The notes under the pieces were generated by a model. The model worked only from the letters and a program-made list of their open reading frames with translations. It did not search any database and had not been told where the DNA came from. DNA of 64,000 nucleotides from Escherichia coli (GTDB taxonomy: Bacteria; Pseudomonadota; Gammaproteobacteria; Enterobacterales; Enterobacteriaceae). Below are positions 10,411-19,517 of this stretch, one piece after another (the first letter of the stretch is position 1; each line of letters begins with the position of its first letter). Where the stretch lies: the NCBI RefSeq assembly GCF_051903065.1, contig NZ_CP178439.1. One strand, 5' to 3'. The translations under genes were made by a program, and so were the position numbers.

Positions 10411-11469
10411 ATGTCTAATGCCGCTATGAAGTTAAATGAAACATCTTCTGATGCTTATGAAAAATTAGAAGCTCTTCTTTCCCCGGATGTTATAAAGTTA
10501 AAACATTATGTGGATAAAGGTGAGTATCTTTTAGTTCTAGCAAAGGACCTTTTTGGTATTCCAGAAATGGATCCAAAGATGGCTGTGCCTGTTTTCAAAA
10601 CTAAAACCTCGTATCGAGCTCCGCTGAACAAAGACTACATACCAAATCCCCGAATACTTGAACAAGTGGTTAAACTGCTTATCAGTCCGGATATAGATTT
10701 AAGTGTGTGTCTTAAAGGTGAGTCCGGTTCTGGCAAGACTGAAATGGTAATGTACATTAGCCACATGATGAATTGGCCGCTGACAATTAAGCAGATCAAC
10801 AGCAATATTCGAGTTGATGAGCTTGAAGGTGAGCGCAGTCTTAATGGTGGTAATACAGGTTTTGTACACAGCGATTTGGTAACGGGATTTCGTAATGGTC
10901 ACCTCATTCTTCTGGATGAAGTGGACAAAATCGATCCTGATACGGCAGCAAAACTTCACATGCCCATTGAACGTAAGCCCTGGTCACTCAGTGCTAATGG
11001 TGGTGAGGTTATAACTGCTAATGGCTACACGCGATTTATTGGTACTGCAAACACAAACATGAGTGGAGGCGCTCGCCGGTTCGTTTCTTCTCAACGTCAA
11101 GATGCAGCTTTTATAAAGCGGTTCTTGATAGTTGAAATGGAGAAGCCCGACAAAGTTGCTTTAACCAATGTGCTTACTAAACGATATAGCTCTTTGCCTT
11201 TTCAGGTCATTGAGAAGTTCGTAAGAGTAGCGATTGCAGTAAATGACTCTGGTACAGAAGACAGTGTGATGGATATTCGTCAATTAGTAGCTTGGGTTGG
11301 CACGTCGATGACGTTAAAAACCTTTAGTCTTCTTGACACTTTCAAAATAGCTTTTGCTTCTGCTTTACCTTTACATGTGGTCGATCTTGTTCTTCAAGCT
11401 ATAGATCTTTCTCTTGGCGAAGACAAGGATAAATCGCTGGAGTATTTCACAGCAAAAAAGTCGAGTTAG
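10411..11469 (+). CDS. AAA+ ATPase, MoxR/CbbQ/CobS-like
   Basis: Walker A GESGSGKT and Walker B HLILLDEVDK; 352 aa; a vWA-domain partner lies two genes downstream. Confidence 0.7.
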   Translation: MSNAAMKLNETSSDAYEKLEALLSPDVIKLKHYVDKGEYLLVLAKDLFGIPEMDPKMAVPVFKTKTSYRAPLNKDYIPNPRILEQVVKLLISPDIDLSVCLKGESGSGKTEMVMYISHMMNWPLTIKQINSNIRVDELEGERSLNGGNTGFVHSDLVTGFRNGHLILLDEVDKIDPDTAAKLHMPIERKPWSLSANGGEVITANGYTRFIGTANTNMSGGARRFVSSQRQDAAFIKRFLIVEMEKPDKVALTNVLTKRYSSLPFQVIEKFVRVAIAVNDSGTEDSVMDIRQLVAWVGTSMTLKTFSLLDTFKIAFASALPLHVVDLVLQAIDLSLGEDKDKSLEYFTAKKSS

Positions 11470-11780
11470 ATGGGATTTGTTATGAAACCTCTGATATTTG
11501 TATCTCAGAGTTATCCCATCTTGAATTTAGTGCGTTTTTAAGTACGGATGGTGCTGCTACCATTGCTATAGCAAAAAACGGAACTAATTTTACTGGACTT
11601 ATGCAACTGAATAACGACTATTCTTTATTGTTTTATCATGATGGTAAAATAAATATGGAAGGTCTGATTAAACAAATGGAATTAAAAGGTTATATGTATC
11701 AGGGAGCAATGGGCAATGATGATGTTGTTGCTGAGTTTCCCGGTATTCTTTTAATTTCACCAGAGTAGCTTTAATATCAA

Positions 11781-11827
11781 CCCTATCGGGAAATCTTTCC
11801 CGTTGGGGAGGGTTTCCCCTTTTTTTT
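11781..11827 (+). terminator. Structured GC-run intergenic element E3
   Basis: CGGGAAA-tc-TTTCCCG hairpin, GGGGA-GGGTT-TCCCC hairpin, T8 tract; GGGTTTC is complementary to the downstream GAAACCC next to the start codon. Confidence 0.5.
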
Positions 11828-11837
11828 GGAGAAACCC

Positions 11838-12965
11838 ATGACTTTAAATACTTCAATGCTTAACAAAGTATCTGCAAAACAAATCTCTGAGAATTTTGCA
11901 AAATCATATCCAGATTTACTGGAAGGTGCAGTTATAACAAAAATTGAAATAAGTGGCTGTCAAGGATCGCGTCGAACCGATAAAATCGATTTGTCTTATG
12001 ATGGAGATGATATTACGGATCAAAAAAGCGTATCTAAAAGCGAAGTACGCTGGATTGACATAAAAGCCCTTAGCTTCAAAAGTACGATTACCAGCAGAAT
12101 ATCAACTCTTTGCTCACGCTTGTGCATCCGCTATAGCAATATGTGGATTTTACCAGTATCCAGTATGGAAGAGTTTCTGGAAGGGGCCCAAGAGATTGAA
12201 CGAGAGTTTCAGGCAGGTATTCAAAACGTTGTAGACAATTATGAGATGCATATTGAGGCTGAAAAAAATAGAAGCCCAAGAATGTCTTCTTTGATTGATC
12301 AGTTGAAATTAACTAAAGATGATTTCATAAAATCCTTTAGATTTAATATTGCTCACTTTATTCCTTTTACGCCTATTAGCGTTGAAGGTGATGAAACCCA
12401 GGACTACTATCAGGAACAATTGATAACAGATCTGGCAGAAGAAGCAATGAAGGTTTATGAAAAAATTAGCAAAAATAACAATTTGCGCTCAAGTACTATT
12501 GACCGACTGAAGCAAATGCAAAATAAGATCATTAGCTTCATGTTTATACATAAAGAGGCGGCAGTACTTGCAGAAGCTATAAAACACATAATGAATAATT
12601 TACCTAAAGGTGCCATTTCTGAACCTCGCGACGTTGCGGTGTTACAGCAGTGGTTTTATTTCATGAGTGATGCTTCAATGTTAAAGCGTATTATTTCAGG
12701 AGAGCAAAAGGTTACTGACTGGTTGGAATCTATTACCAGATCATTTAATCAAAGCTCACAAACAGAACCGAACGCGCTACAGAACACAGGTATTGAAGCT
12801 ATTTTAGATTCAACAAATGTGTTCCAGGTTGAACCTGTCGTAGAGAACGATATAAATAACAGCACGTTTTCAAACACTGATCCTGTAGCTGAACCTGAGA
12901 AATCAGTTTCGCAACAGGAAGACAATGTTGAAAATGGTTTTGATATCGAGCTCAAAGGCTGGTAA
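11838..12965 (+). CDS. Hypothetical protein
   Basis: ORF in track from 11826 (TTG); ATG at 11838 with GGAGAAACCC upstream preferred; 375 aa. Confidence 0.55.
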   Translation: MTLNTSMLNKVSAKQISENFAKSYPDLLEGAVITKIEISGCQGSRRTDKIDLSYDGDDITDQKSVSKSEVRWIDIKALSFKSTITSRISTLCSRLCIRYSNMWILPVSSMEEFLEGAQEIEREFQAGIQNVVDNYEMHIEAEKNRSPRMSSLIDQLKLTKDDFIKSFRFNIAHFIPFTPISVEGDETQDYYQEQLITDLAEEAMKVYEKISKNNNLRSSTIDRLKQMQNKIISFMFIHKEAAVLAEAIKHIMNNLPKGAISEPRDVAVLQQWFYFMSDASMLKRIISGEQKVTDWLESITRSFNQSSQTEPNALQNTGIEAILDSTNVFQVEPVVENDINNSTFSNTDPVAEPEKSVSQQEDNVENGFDIELKGW

Positions 12966-12984
12966 CTGTTTGCTTTATTAAAAA

Positions 12985-13027
12985 CCCCAGATGGGTACTT
13001 CACCATCTGGGTGAGTACCCCTTTTTT
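12985..13027 (+). terminator. Structured GC-run intergenic element E4, interleaved dyads
   Basis: CCCAGATGG/CCATCTGGG and GGGTACT/AGTACCC dyads interleaved (pseudoknot-like or alternative hairpins), followed by TTTTTT. Confidence 0.5.
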
Positions 13028-13042
13028 ATAAAGAGGTATTCT

Positions 13043-15055
13043 ATGAAATTAGATCTTAAATCATCACCGCGCCATATTAAGCGTTTACAGAATATAGCAA
13101 AAGTCATTAGCGGCTTAGGCGATGTAAGAGTTGTAATAGACGACAATACCAAAGGACCGTATTTTGATCCTGTAAATAAAGTTTGTGTTTTACCAAACGG
13201 CGATTATAGCGATGATGACTTTGTCAGTCTGATTGAAGGTTTTACCTGTCATGAAGCTGGTCATGGTCGCTATACCGACAGCGAGGTTTACAGTGACGCC
13301 TTTAATAGTGTTCTCAAGTCATCTGAAGGGTTTACACGCTTCGATGACGGAATGAATGCAGAGTTTGAGAGCCTCGCTGAGAAACGTAAAGCTTATAGCA
13401 GGGCAAAACGTCTTACCGGGCTTATAAATCTGTTCGATGATGTACAGATGGAAGAGAAGGTTGGTAACGATTATCCGGATGCAAAGCGGCGGCTTGCAGC
13501 CACTTACGCACTGATGGTTAAAGCCGGAAGGATGACTCCTGATATATCTTCTCGTCCGGAAAATCCTGTCCTATTTATTGAGTGGTATCTGCTTAACTCA
13601 TTGCGAGTAAAAGTCCTTCAGCAGGCAGGTCACAAAGAAACACTCGATCCGTTTTTTGACTATGCCCAAAAGATACTTTCTCCAGTAATTTCTGATGTTG
13701 AGGAAATTTTTCATGATGCTCTTGGTTGTGAAAATACTCAGGGCTGTGAATCCCTTGCTCGTAAGACCCTGGCTCTTTTAGAGAGACTGCGGGATGAGGC
13801 AAGGGAACAACAGCAGCAGACAGAGCAGGAGGAGCAGGAGGCATATGATGAATCCGAGACCGAGACCGAGACCGATACCGAATCAGAAGATAAATCGCTT
13901 GAGTCGACTGATAGTCGTGAGGATGATTCTGAGGACGATAGTGAAGGTCAGGCAGATACTTCCGATAACTCTGATCTTGCTCAAGAGGGATGTTCTGAGC
14001 CTTCAGAACTTGCTGAAGATAACGAGGGAAATAATGAACCCACCGGTGGCAATCCCACAGGTGATAACATTATTGAAGACGATACTGATGCGATTAACCC
14101 TTCCGAGAGTGAATCAGATGAAGCCAGTTCGACTAACGTTGAAGATGAAAGTAACTTTTCATCGGCTCAATGGGAGATACTGGCAGATTTGTTGGATGCC
14201 TTTCTTGGCAGTGATGAGGATAGCGAAGATTATCACGATGCTTTGGCTAAAGAGATTGAAGGTATTGCATCAAAAGTATCCGATGACGTGAAAGCCGAAT
14301 TCGGTGCTTCTGAATGGGATATCCCTGATCTCCTTATCGATTTGAATGTTTACAATGAGGCTTTGTCTCTGAGTCATTCAATCGGTAGCGACTTGTCTGT
14401 TTTACAGCAGGTTAAAATGCGTGGCCGAAACAAAACTCATGAGCGTGGAATTACCTTCGATGGAAATCGATTAATTCTGTCACCAATGGGAGTTCGTGAT
14501 GTCTTCAGAGCTCAAAGCGAATCTAAAAATAGAGGGCATGTTGGCCTCGTATTAGTTCGTGATATTTCAGCGTCAATGGCTAATGATGAAAGATATATTC
14601 ATGCCATTAAGTCAGATCTTGCTTTATCGATGGCCGCTGAAAGTTTGTCAAAAATGCATGTCTCCAATATAGTCTTTCCCTTCAAGGAAAGTGAATTTGA
14701 GATTATCAAAACGTTTGATCAAAGCGTTGAGGAATCTCTATCGAAATTCACTCTTGGATGTAAGGGTTATTATACCCCTACGGGATCGGCTTTAATGGCA
14801 GCTGTTGATCTGTTACTTGACAGCCAATTCGATAGGAAAATAATTTTTCTTATAACTGATGGTTATCCGAATAAATCGGAATTTACTATCGGCGAAGTTA
14901 TGGAAAAGGCTAAATGTAATGGAATAGAAATCGTTGGTGTTGGTATTAAGACTGATGAAATAATTGGTTTTGAAACGGACACTTTCGTAACAGTTGATGA
15001 TACTTCTTTATTGTCTATTGAAGTCAGTAAGCTAGTTCATCAAATACTTTCTTAA
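13043..15055 (+). CDS. vWA-domain protein with long acidic linker (CobT/ViaA-like partner of the AAA+ ATPase)
   Basis: C-terminal vWA/MIDAS motifs (VRDISASM, TPTGSA, ITDGYPN); central Asp/Glu-rich low-complexity stretch (ETETETDTESEDKS and onward); 670 aa. Confidence 0.7.
   Translation: MKLDLKSSPRHIKRLQNIAKVISGLGDVRVVIDDNTKGPYFDPVNKVCVLPNGDYSDDDFVSLIEGFTCHEAGHGRYTDSEVYSDAFNSVLKSSEGFTRFDDGMNAEFESLAEKRKAYSRAKRLTGLINLFDDVQMEEKVGNDYPDAKRRLAATYALMVKAGRMTPDISSRPENPVLFIEWYLLNSLRVKVLQQAGHKETLDPFFDYAQKILSPVISDVEEIFHDALGCENTQGCESLARKTLALLERLRDEAREQQQQTEQEEQEAYDESETETETDTESEDKSLESTDSREDDSEDDSEGQADTSDNSDLAQEGCSEPSELAEDNEGNNEPTGGNPTGDNIIEDDTDAINPSESESDEASSTNVEDESNFSSAQWEILADLLDAFLGSDEDSEDYHDALAKEIEGIASKVSDDVKAEFGASEWDIPDLLIDLNVYNEALSLSHSIGSDLSVLQQVKMRGRNKTHERGITFDGNRLILSPMGVRDVFRAQSESKNRGHVGLVLVRDISASMANDERYIHAIKSDLALSMAAESLSKMHVSNIVFPFKESEFEIIKTFDQSVEESLSKFTLGCKGYYTPTGSALMAAVDLLLDSQFDRKIIFLITDGYPNKSEFTIGEVMEKAKCNGIEIVGVGIKTDEIIGFETDTFVTVDDTSLLSIEVSKLVHQILS
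14148..14158. repeat. AAAGTWACTTT palindromic motif copy 4
   Basis: AAAGTAACTTT inside the vWA gene acidic region (E-S-N-F). Confidence 0.6.
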
Positions 15056-15063
15056 TAAACTCT

Positions 15064-15099
15064 ACCCAATCGGGGCAAAAGGCCCCGGTGGGTCTTTTT
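15064..15099 (+). terminator. Intergenic element E5, rho-independent terminator
   Basis: ACCCAATCGGGGC-aaaag-GCCCCGGTGGGT nested hairpin followed by CTTTTT. Confidence 0.6.
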
Positions 15100-15126
15100 G
15101 CTCCATGAAGGAATAAGGAGCAAAAT

Positions 15127-15348
15127 ATGACTCAGATAAAAACTTACCGTGTAGAACATGAAAAAGTCGGTGCGATGCATAAAGTCCGTATTTTCGGACG
15201 TGTTGGTGAAGTTATAAGCAATGATAGCCCTCAGGAAAGAATCTTCCGCGAAGTCACTATAGCGGAGGGTAATAGCCAGCAGGCTGCGTTACTTGTAGAT
15301 AACTACATACAGCGTCTTGAGAATAATGGCTTCACGACTGAAGCATAA
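15127..15348 (+). CDS. Small hypothetical protein (73 aa)
   Basis: ATG start with AAGGAG upstream; flanked by hairpin elements E5 and E6. Confidence 0.5.
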   Translation: MTQIKTYRVEHEKVGAMHKVRIFGRVGEVISNDSPQERIFREVTIAEGNSQQAALLVDNYIQRLENNGFTTEA

Positions 15349-15354
15349 ATGTTG

Positions 15355-15377
15355 AGGGCCCCCGGGCCCTCTTTCTT
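15355..15377 (+). terminator. Intergenic element E6
   Basis: GAGGGCCC-CC-GGGCCCTC perfect hairpin followed by TTTCTT. Confidence 0.55.
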
Positions 15378-15461
15378 AAATTCTGCGTTGTGGGTTTCTC
15401 CCTGTCTTCTGCACCGCAGAAGGCATTGAGAAACTCACAATGCCAGATAAGAGAGATCATC

Positions 15462-16694
15462 ATGACTTATGCATCCCCGGCTCTTCGTCGTAATCCACAG
15501 GAAGTATCTGAACACTTTATTAAACTCGTTCATGCTCGAATTGCTGAAGTGTCTGGCTGGAAGTATATATTCGAAAGAATACCTGCTTTCAAAGACGCTT
15601 GTGCAAAAGCCCCGAGCCAGGTTCCTTGCCCGTTTACTGGCGCAGGGAAATCGAAGTTTCGTTTCCGACAAAAAGACCTTTATACCGGATGTGCGATCCA
15701 TAATGACTTTCCGGTAAATGAGTTTTGCGACGGAATTGATGTTCTGGCGAAATATTATGAATTAAGTAAAACGCAGACTTGCAAAAAGATTCTCTCAGAT
15801 TTTTTCGGGATGGATCTGCATGCTCCGTTAACTGACGCCGACATTGAAAATGAACGACGCTATAAATCAGCAGTTCGTGCCACAGAAACTCTTGACCGAG
15901 AGGAAGTGGCAAAGCGAATGCGAAAACTTGATGTGATGTATCACTATACCGGTGAAATCAAGCCTAATACTCCTGTTGCTTTGTACCTCCGTAATCGTGG
16001 GATCTCCCGCTTACTGAGTCACTTACCAAAGGATTTAGGCTTTAATAACCGGATCTACTATTGGGATAAAGATAAGCAGAAATCGATTATCTATCCGGGA
16101 ATGATTGCGATCTATCGTGACACCCGAGGTCGGCCTCTGACTATTCATAGAACATACGTAGACAAAAATGGTGATAAGGCACCTGTAGAAAATCCAAAGC
16201 TGATGATGAAGCCTCCTGCCGATATGACAGGTGGCTCAATTCAGTTGTTTGACCCTCACTATGATTCAGGTAGTTCGACCTGGACACTGGGAGTGGCTGA
16301 AGGGATCGAGAACGCGCTTTCTGTTGTAGAAGCGACTTCAACACCATGCTGGGCAGCCAGCTCCGCATGGTGCCTTGAAAACGTTACTGTTCCTGATTTT
16401 TTACTGCCTCCGCCGGATGTAAAATCTATAAACTTTTATATCTGGGCGGATAAGGATATTGCTAACTCACAAGGCACTCGTGCCGGTATTGAAGCTGCTC
16501 AGCGACTTCAAAGCCGCATGGTTGAGTTTTTGGCTAAACGATATCCCGCATCAAAGCTGACAATTGAAGTCTTCGAACCAGCACAAGATATTCCTGATGG
16601 GAAAAAGGGTATCGACTGGAACGATGTTCTCCAGTTAACAGGGCAGGATGGATTCCCGATTCACTGGGCTCCTGAATGTCTTAATCAGCTGTAA
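15462..16694 (+). CDS. DNA primase-like protein (zinc-ribbon plus Toprim)
   Basis: N-terminal CPFTGAGKSKFRF..GCAIHNDF resembles the primase-helicase zinc-binding motif; Toprim-like VAEGIENALSV and WADKDIANSQG (DxD); track ORF starts at GTG 15390, ATG 15462 preferred. Confidence 0.5.
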   Translation: MTYASPALRRNPQEVSEHFIKLVHARIAEVSGWKYIFERIPAFKDACAKAPSQVPCPFTGAGKSKFRFRQKDLYTGCAIHNDFPVNEFCDGIDVLAKYYELSKTQTCKKILSDFFGMDLHAPLTDADIENERRYKSAVRATETLDREEVAKRMRKLDVMYHYTGEIKPNTPVALYLRNRGISRLLSHLPKDLGFNNRIYYWDKDKQKSIIYPGMIAIYRDTRGRPLTIHRTYVDKNGDKAPVENPKLMMKPPADMTGGSIQLFDPHYDSGSSTWTLGVAEGIENALSVVEATSTPCWAASSAWCLENVTVPDFLLPPPDVKSINFYIWADKDIANSQGTRAGIEAAQRLQSRMVEFLAKRYPASKLTIEVFEPAQDIPDGKKGIDWNDVLQLTGQDGFPIHWAPECLNQL

Positions 16695-16701
16695 CAACGA
16701 T

Positions 16702-16733
16702 AACTCCCCCGCTTTTTGCGGGGGGGGTTATCT
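16702..16733 (+). terminator. Intergenic element E7
   Basis: CCCCCGC-TTTTT-GCGGGGG hairpin immediately after the stop at 16694. Confidence 0.5.
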
Positions 16734-16773
16734 TATCAATATTATATTTTAAAATTGTATTGATAAGATAACC
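16726..16773. promoter_or_regulatory. 14-bp perfect inverted repeat flanking a 20-bp AT-rich spacer
   Basis: GGTTATCTTATCAA (16726-16739) and TTGATAAGATAACC (16760-16773) around TATTATATTTTAAAATTGTA; sits in a 270-bp gene-free interval. Confidence 0.4.
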
Positions 16774-16904
16774 GCTTTCCTTCGTGATAATTACCTGCCT
16801 TTAAGGTCTTTTCACGGCTGAGATGCTTGCTCAGTTAAATAAATGTGCGGTACTACTGGCTATGGTCGGTTGTATGACATGGTTATTCCATAAACTATTA
16901 AAAC

Positions 16905-16930
16905 CCATAACGGGAGTATTACCGTTATGG
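16905..16930. promoter_or_regulatory. 9-bp inverted repeat, candidate operator upstream of the gene at 16965
   Basis: CCATAACGG-gagtatta-CCGTTATGG, 35 bp upstream of the ATG. Confidence 0.35.
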
Positions 16931-16964
16931 TGATGCTCGTCGTTTTACATCGGAGAGCATTTTA

Positions 16965-17486
16965 ATGAATTTTCAAATTAACGAAGTTTTTAATAAATTT
17001 GCTGCTGTTATAAAATCGCGCATCGTCAATGAACCATCGTCATGCTATTTGCTGCATGATAATGAGATAGATATAACGATTTTGAAACATAGCATATTAG
17101 AAAATGACAGAAACCTGTTGTACGTAGTTCGTCCTTCAGGAACGTGTTTGTTGCGTTGTGACAAATATTTCTATCCGAAATATTATCTTCGTTGCCGTGG
17201 AGATTATAAGTCATTCATATATGTCCATCTTGATCTACATAGTGGTGAAGCTAAAGAAATCACATGGGAGCAAGCAGACGATATGCTGTCTAGTCCAGGA
17301 AAACCCCCATTAAAAGGGAATCTTGGACGATTTGAGTATATAAAAGTTGTGGTTGAGGACCTTCGTATTCGAGGTTACGCTGATTATCTTCCTGCGTATA
17401 ATCTTGATGACCTTCGCCGTTTTGCCTTACAGGACGACCGCCCATCCCTTGTCAGATACATTGACAATGTCATGGCAACGGTCTGA
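16965..17486 (+). CDS. Hypothetical protein
   Basis: 173-aa ORF, ATG start. Confidence 0.5.
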   Translation: MNFQINEVFNKFAAVIKSRIVNEPSSCYLLHDNEIDITILKHSILENDRNLLYVVRPSGTCLLRCDKYFYPKYYLRCRGDYKSFIYVHLDLHSGEAKEITWEQADDMLSSPGKPPLKGNLGRFEYIKVVVEDLRIRGYADYLPAYNLDDLRRFALQDDRPSLVRYIDNVMATV

Positions 17487-17512
17487 TTGATTGCTAATTG
17501 ATTTACATATTT

Positions 17513-17539
17513 TCCCTGATGGCCAACCTGCATCAGGGA
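17513..17539. other. Intergenic hairpin
   Basis: TCCCTGATG-gccaacctg-CATCAGGGA dyad between the genes ending 17486 and starting 17565; no downstream T-tract. Confidence 0.35.
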
Positions 17540-17564
17540 GGCCTCAATAACGAATGGAGGCTGT

Positions 17565-18443
17565 ATGAAGTTAGCTACGGACCTGGTAAAAGCTATTTTG
17601 ATTAGAAATGGCGTTGAACCAGTAAATATAAGCGAATCATCTAAGTTATCTTTGAAACAACCACTGACAGAACTTAAATTCAGTTTATATTTGCGAACTG
17701 AGCATTTATCTCACTTCCTACCCGGTTATGTTTATTCTATAAAAGAATGTCCACTGTCATATGACATCGGGATCGAAATTCAGAAAATCTTCGAAAGTTT
17801 ACATTTGTTAAACGAAGAATTTGAATCCCTCGGTTTTGTTTCTGTATGGATAGAAATGCATCAAAGCATTTTTGAACAAAGTCGGTTTAAGAAAAGTAAC
17901 TTTACTTTTCGGGAGGAAGAGGTCGAGCTTGCTAAAGGGCTTGTTTGTTCTCACAATTCACAAATAAGTAATGCGGCTTATTTCTGGCTTCAGCACTTTG
18001 AGGAGTTTATGATTTATGTTCGTAATAAGCTTATCGACCTCTTTCGAGAGGCCTATGACCTGATCCTTGGAATGCAGCAAGTATTTTTCATTCGGGAAAA
18101 GGAAGAGCTGTTGAAAACTATAAGTTATGGCGATGAGCTGTATGAGGTGAAATTCATGGCGGCTGAGCTTTACTCTATCGAACAGAACTTAAAGTGTTCT
18201 GAATCGATAAGTACAAAATCTCAAGCTTCGGCATATATTAACCGCATCCGTGAGTTTGTGCGTTCGGGGTGGAGGCAGGGCTATATAGTCTGCCATCATA
18301 AGCGAAGTAATCAAATTTCATCATTGTCATTACCGATGTACTTGAAAGATACGTCAGGCCGAAGTGCTCGAAAGCGAGTAAAACGTCTTATATCTTCTAC
18401 AGTTTGTGGTAGAAATAAAGATTTAGGTCTTACAGATTTTTAA
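17565..18443 (+). CDS. Hypothetical protein
   Basis: 292-aa ORF; contains one AAAGTAACTTT motif copy. Confidence 0.55.
   Translation: MKLATDLVKAILIRNGVEPVNISESSKLSLKQPLTELKFSLYLRTEHLSHFLPGYVYSIKECPLSYDIGIEIQKIFESLHLLNEEFESLGFVSVWIEMHQSIFEQSRFKKSNFTFREEEVELAKGLVCSHNSQISNAAYFWLQHFEEFMIYVRNKLIDLFREAYDLILGMQQVFFIREKEELLKTISYGDELYEVKFMAAELYSIEQNLKCSESISTKSQASAYINRIREFVRSGWRQGYIVCHHKRSNQISSLSLPMYLKDTSGRSARKRVKRLISSTVCGRNKDLGLTDF
17893..17903. repeat. AAAGTWACTTT palindromic motif copy 5
   Basis: AAAGTAACTTT inside the ORFan gene at 17565-18443 (K-S-N-F). Confidence 0.6.
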
Positions 18444-18453
18444 TTAAATTATA

Positions 18454-18497
18454 CCCATGTGGGGATCACACCCCATATGGGAGTGATCCCTTTTTTT
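18454..18497 (+). terminator. Structured GC-run intergenic element E8, interleaved dyads
   Basis: CATGTGGGG/CCCCATATG and GGGATCAC/GTGATCCC dyads interleaved, then T7; a third GGATCAC copy overlaps the downstream ribosome-binding site. Confidence 0.5.
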
Positions 18498-18513
18498 ATT
18501 GAGAGAGGATCAC

Positions 18514-19269
18514 ATGAAAATTATCGAAAAAATCATTAATGCCTTTTTGGTTGTTCAACATAAAAAAATACAGGTTAAAAACATTACATTTTTAGACAAT
18601 GGGCAGGGCATGTTCTCTGGTATGTCTTTTGATGCTGATGTTTCACTGGAGTTTATGTATGAATCAGCAAAAGCATATAGTTCTTGTTTCTGTGATATTC
18701 CCTTTCCAGGTTTTGAAGATGCAAATCTGGAGGAAATTACGAAATTTCAATTAGATGCTCTGAAGCAAAGAAAGAATCATTCTTTCTTTGTTAACCATTT
18801 GAGGTTTCCTATAGTTTTAAGGGAAGGGTGCAAAATCGAAAGAGGAGAAGTCTATTCAATTTCGAATTGCACTTATAATAAAGAAAGATTGCAGTATCTT
18901 TTTTCTCAGGATATTTACGGTAAGTTGTATAATTCCTTAGAGAAAGAATTAAGCTCGTTTTTCTCATTTATCAATGTTGAGGTGCACGAGTTGTTAAAAG
19001 ATGCTGTATGCTTTGCATTAAAAATCCTGAATAAGATATCTTTGGATACACCTGAAAGACTTATTAAAGCTTTTAATTATCGTGACTGGTATTGTAGTTA
19101 CGATGTTGAGCTTTTTAGGAAAGGCTTACCTGGTCATATTCTGGAAGAGCTCATTGCTCCAGATATCTTACTTTCAGACCTTAACGGTTGTAGAAAAATA
19201 CTTAGAAATGCAAAACGATTTCTAAATGGACATACACAAACCAATTGTGTTTATATTAAATATGAATGA
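18514..19269 (+). CDS. Hypothetical protein
   Basis: Track ORF from TTG 18499; ATG 18514 with GAGAGAGGA upstream preferred; about 251 aa. Confidence 0.55.
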   Translation: MKIIEKIINAFLVVQHKKIQVKNITFLDNGQGMFSGMSFDADVSLEFMYESAKAYSSCFCDIPFPGFEDANLEEITKFQLDALKQRKNHSFFVNHLRFPIVLREGCKIERGEVYSISNCTYNKERLQYLFSQDIYGKLYNSLEKELSSFFSFINVEVHELLKDAVCFALKILNKISLDTPERLIKAFNYRDWYCSYDVELFRKGLPGHILEELIAPDILLSDLNGCRKILRNAKRFLNGHTQTNCVYIKYE

Positions 19270-19462
19270 TGGTTGGGGCCTGTTGATACCTCACACTCAG
19301 CTAAGTTGATGTCTGACAAAGAAATTAATAACCGAAGTGACTTGAAGAATTTTTCAAAGGTCTTTTTCAAAGAGTGTTTAAGTTCTGGTAAGTCGGAATA
19401 TGAAAACCATCTTAGTGAAAAAGAACATGCGCTTCGCTATAATTATTAATTAAAATTATTTT

Positions 19463-19510
19463 CTCCCATAGGGATTTCTCCCTATGGGAGAAATCCCTCT
19501 ATTAAGAGGG
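19463..19510 (+). terminator. Structured GC-run intergenic element E9
   Basis: TCCCATAGGGA and GGGATTTCTCCC/GGGAGAAATCCC dyads (same arms as E2); CCCTCT-atta-AGAGGG can sequester the downstream ribosome-binding site. Confidence 0.5.
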
Positions 19511-19517
19511 TATTGAA

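Noticed and set aside
13794-14291. 165-aa plus-strand ORF rich in Arg/Pro in an alternative frame
   Set aside because: Lies entirely inside the acidic repeat region of the vWA gene in another frame; its composition is an artefact of the low-complexity DNA.
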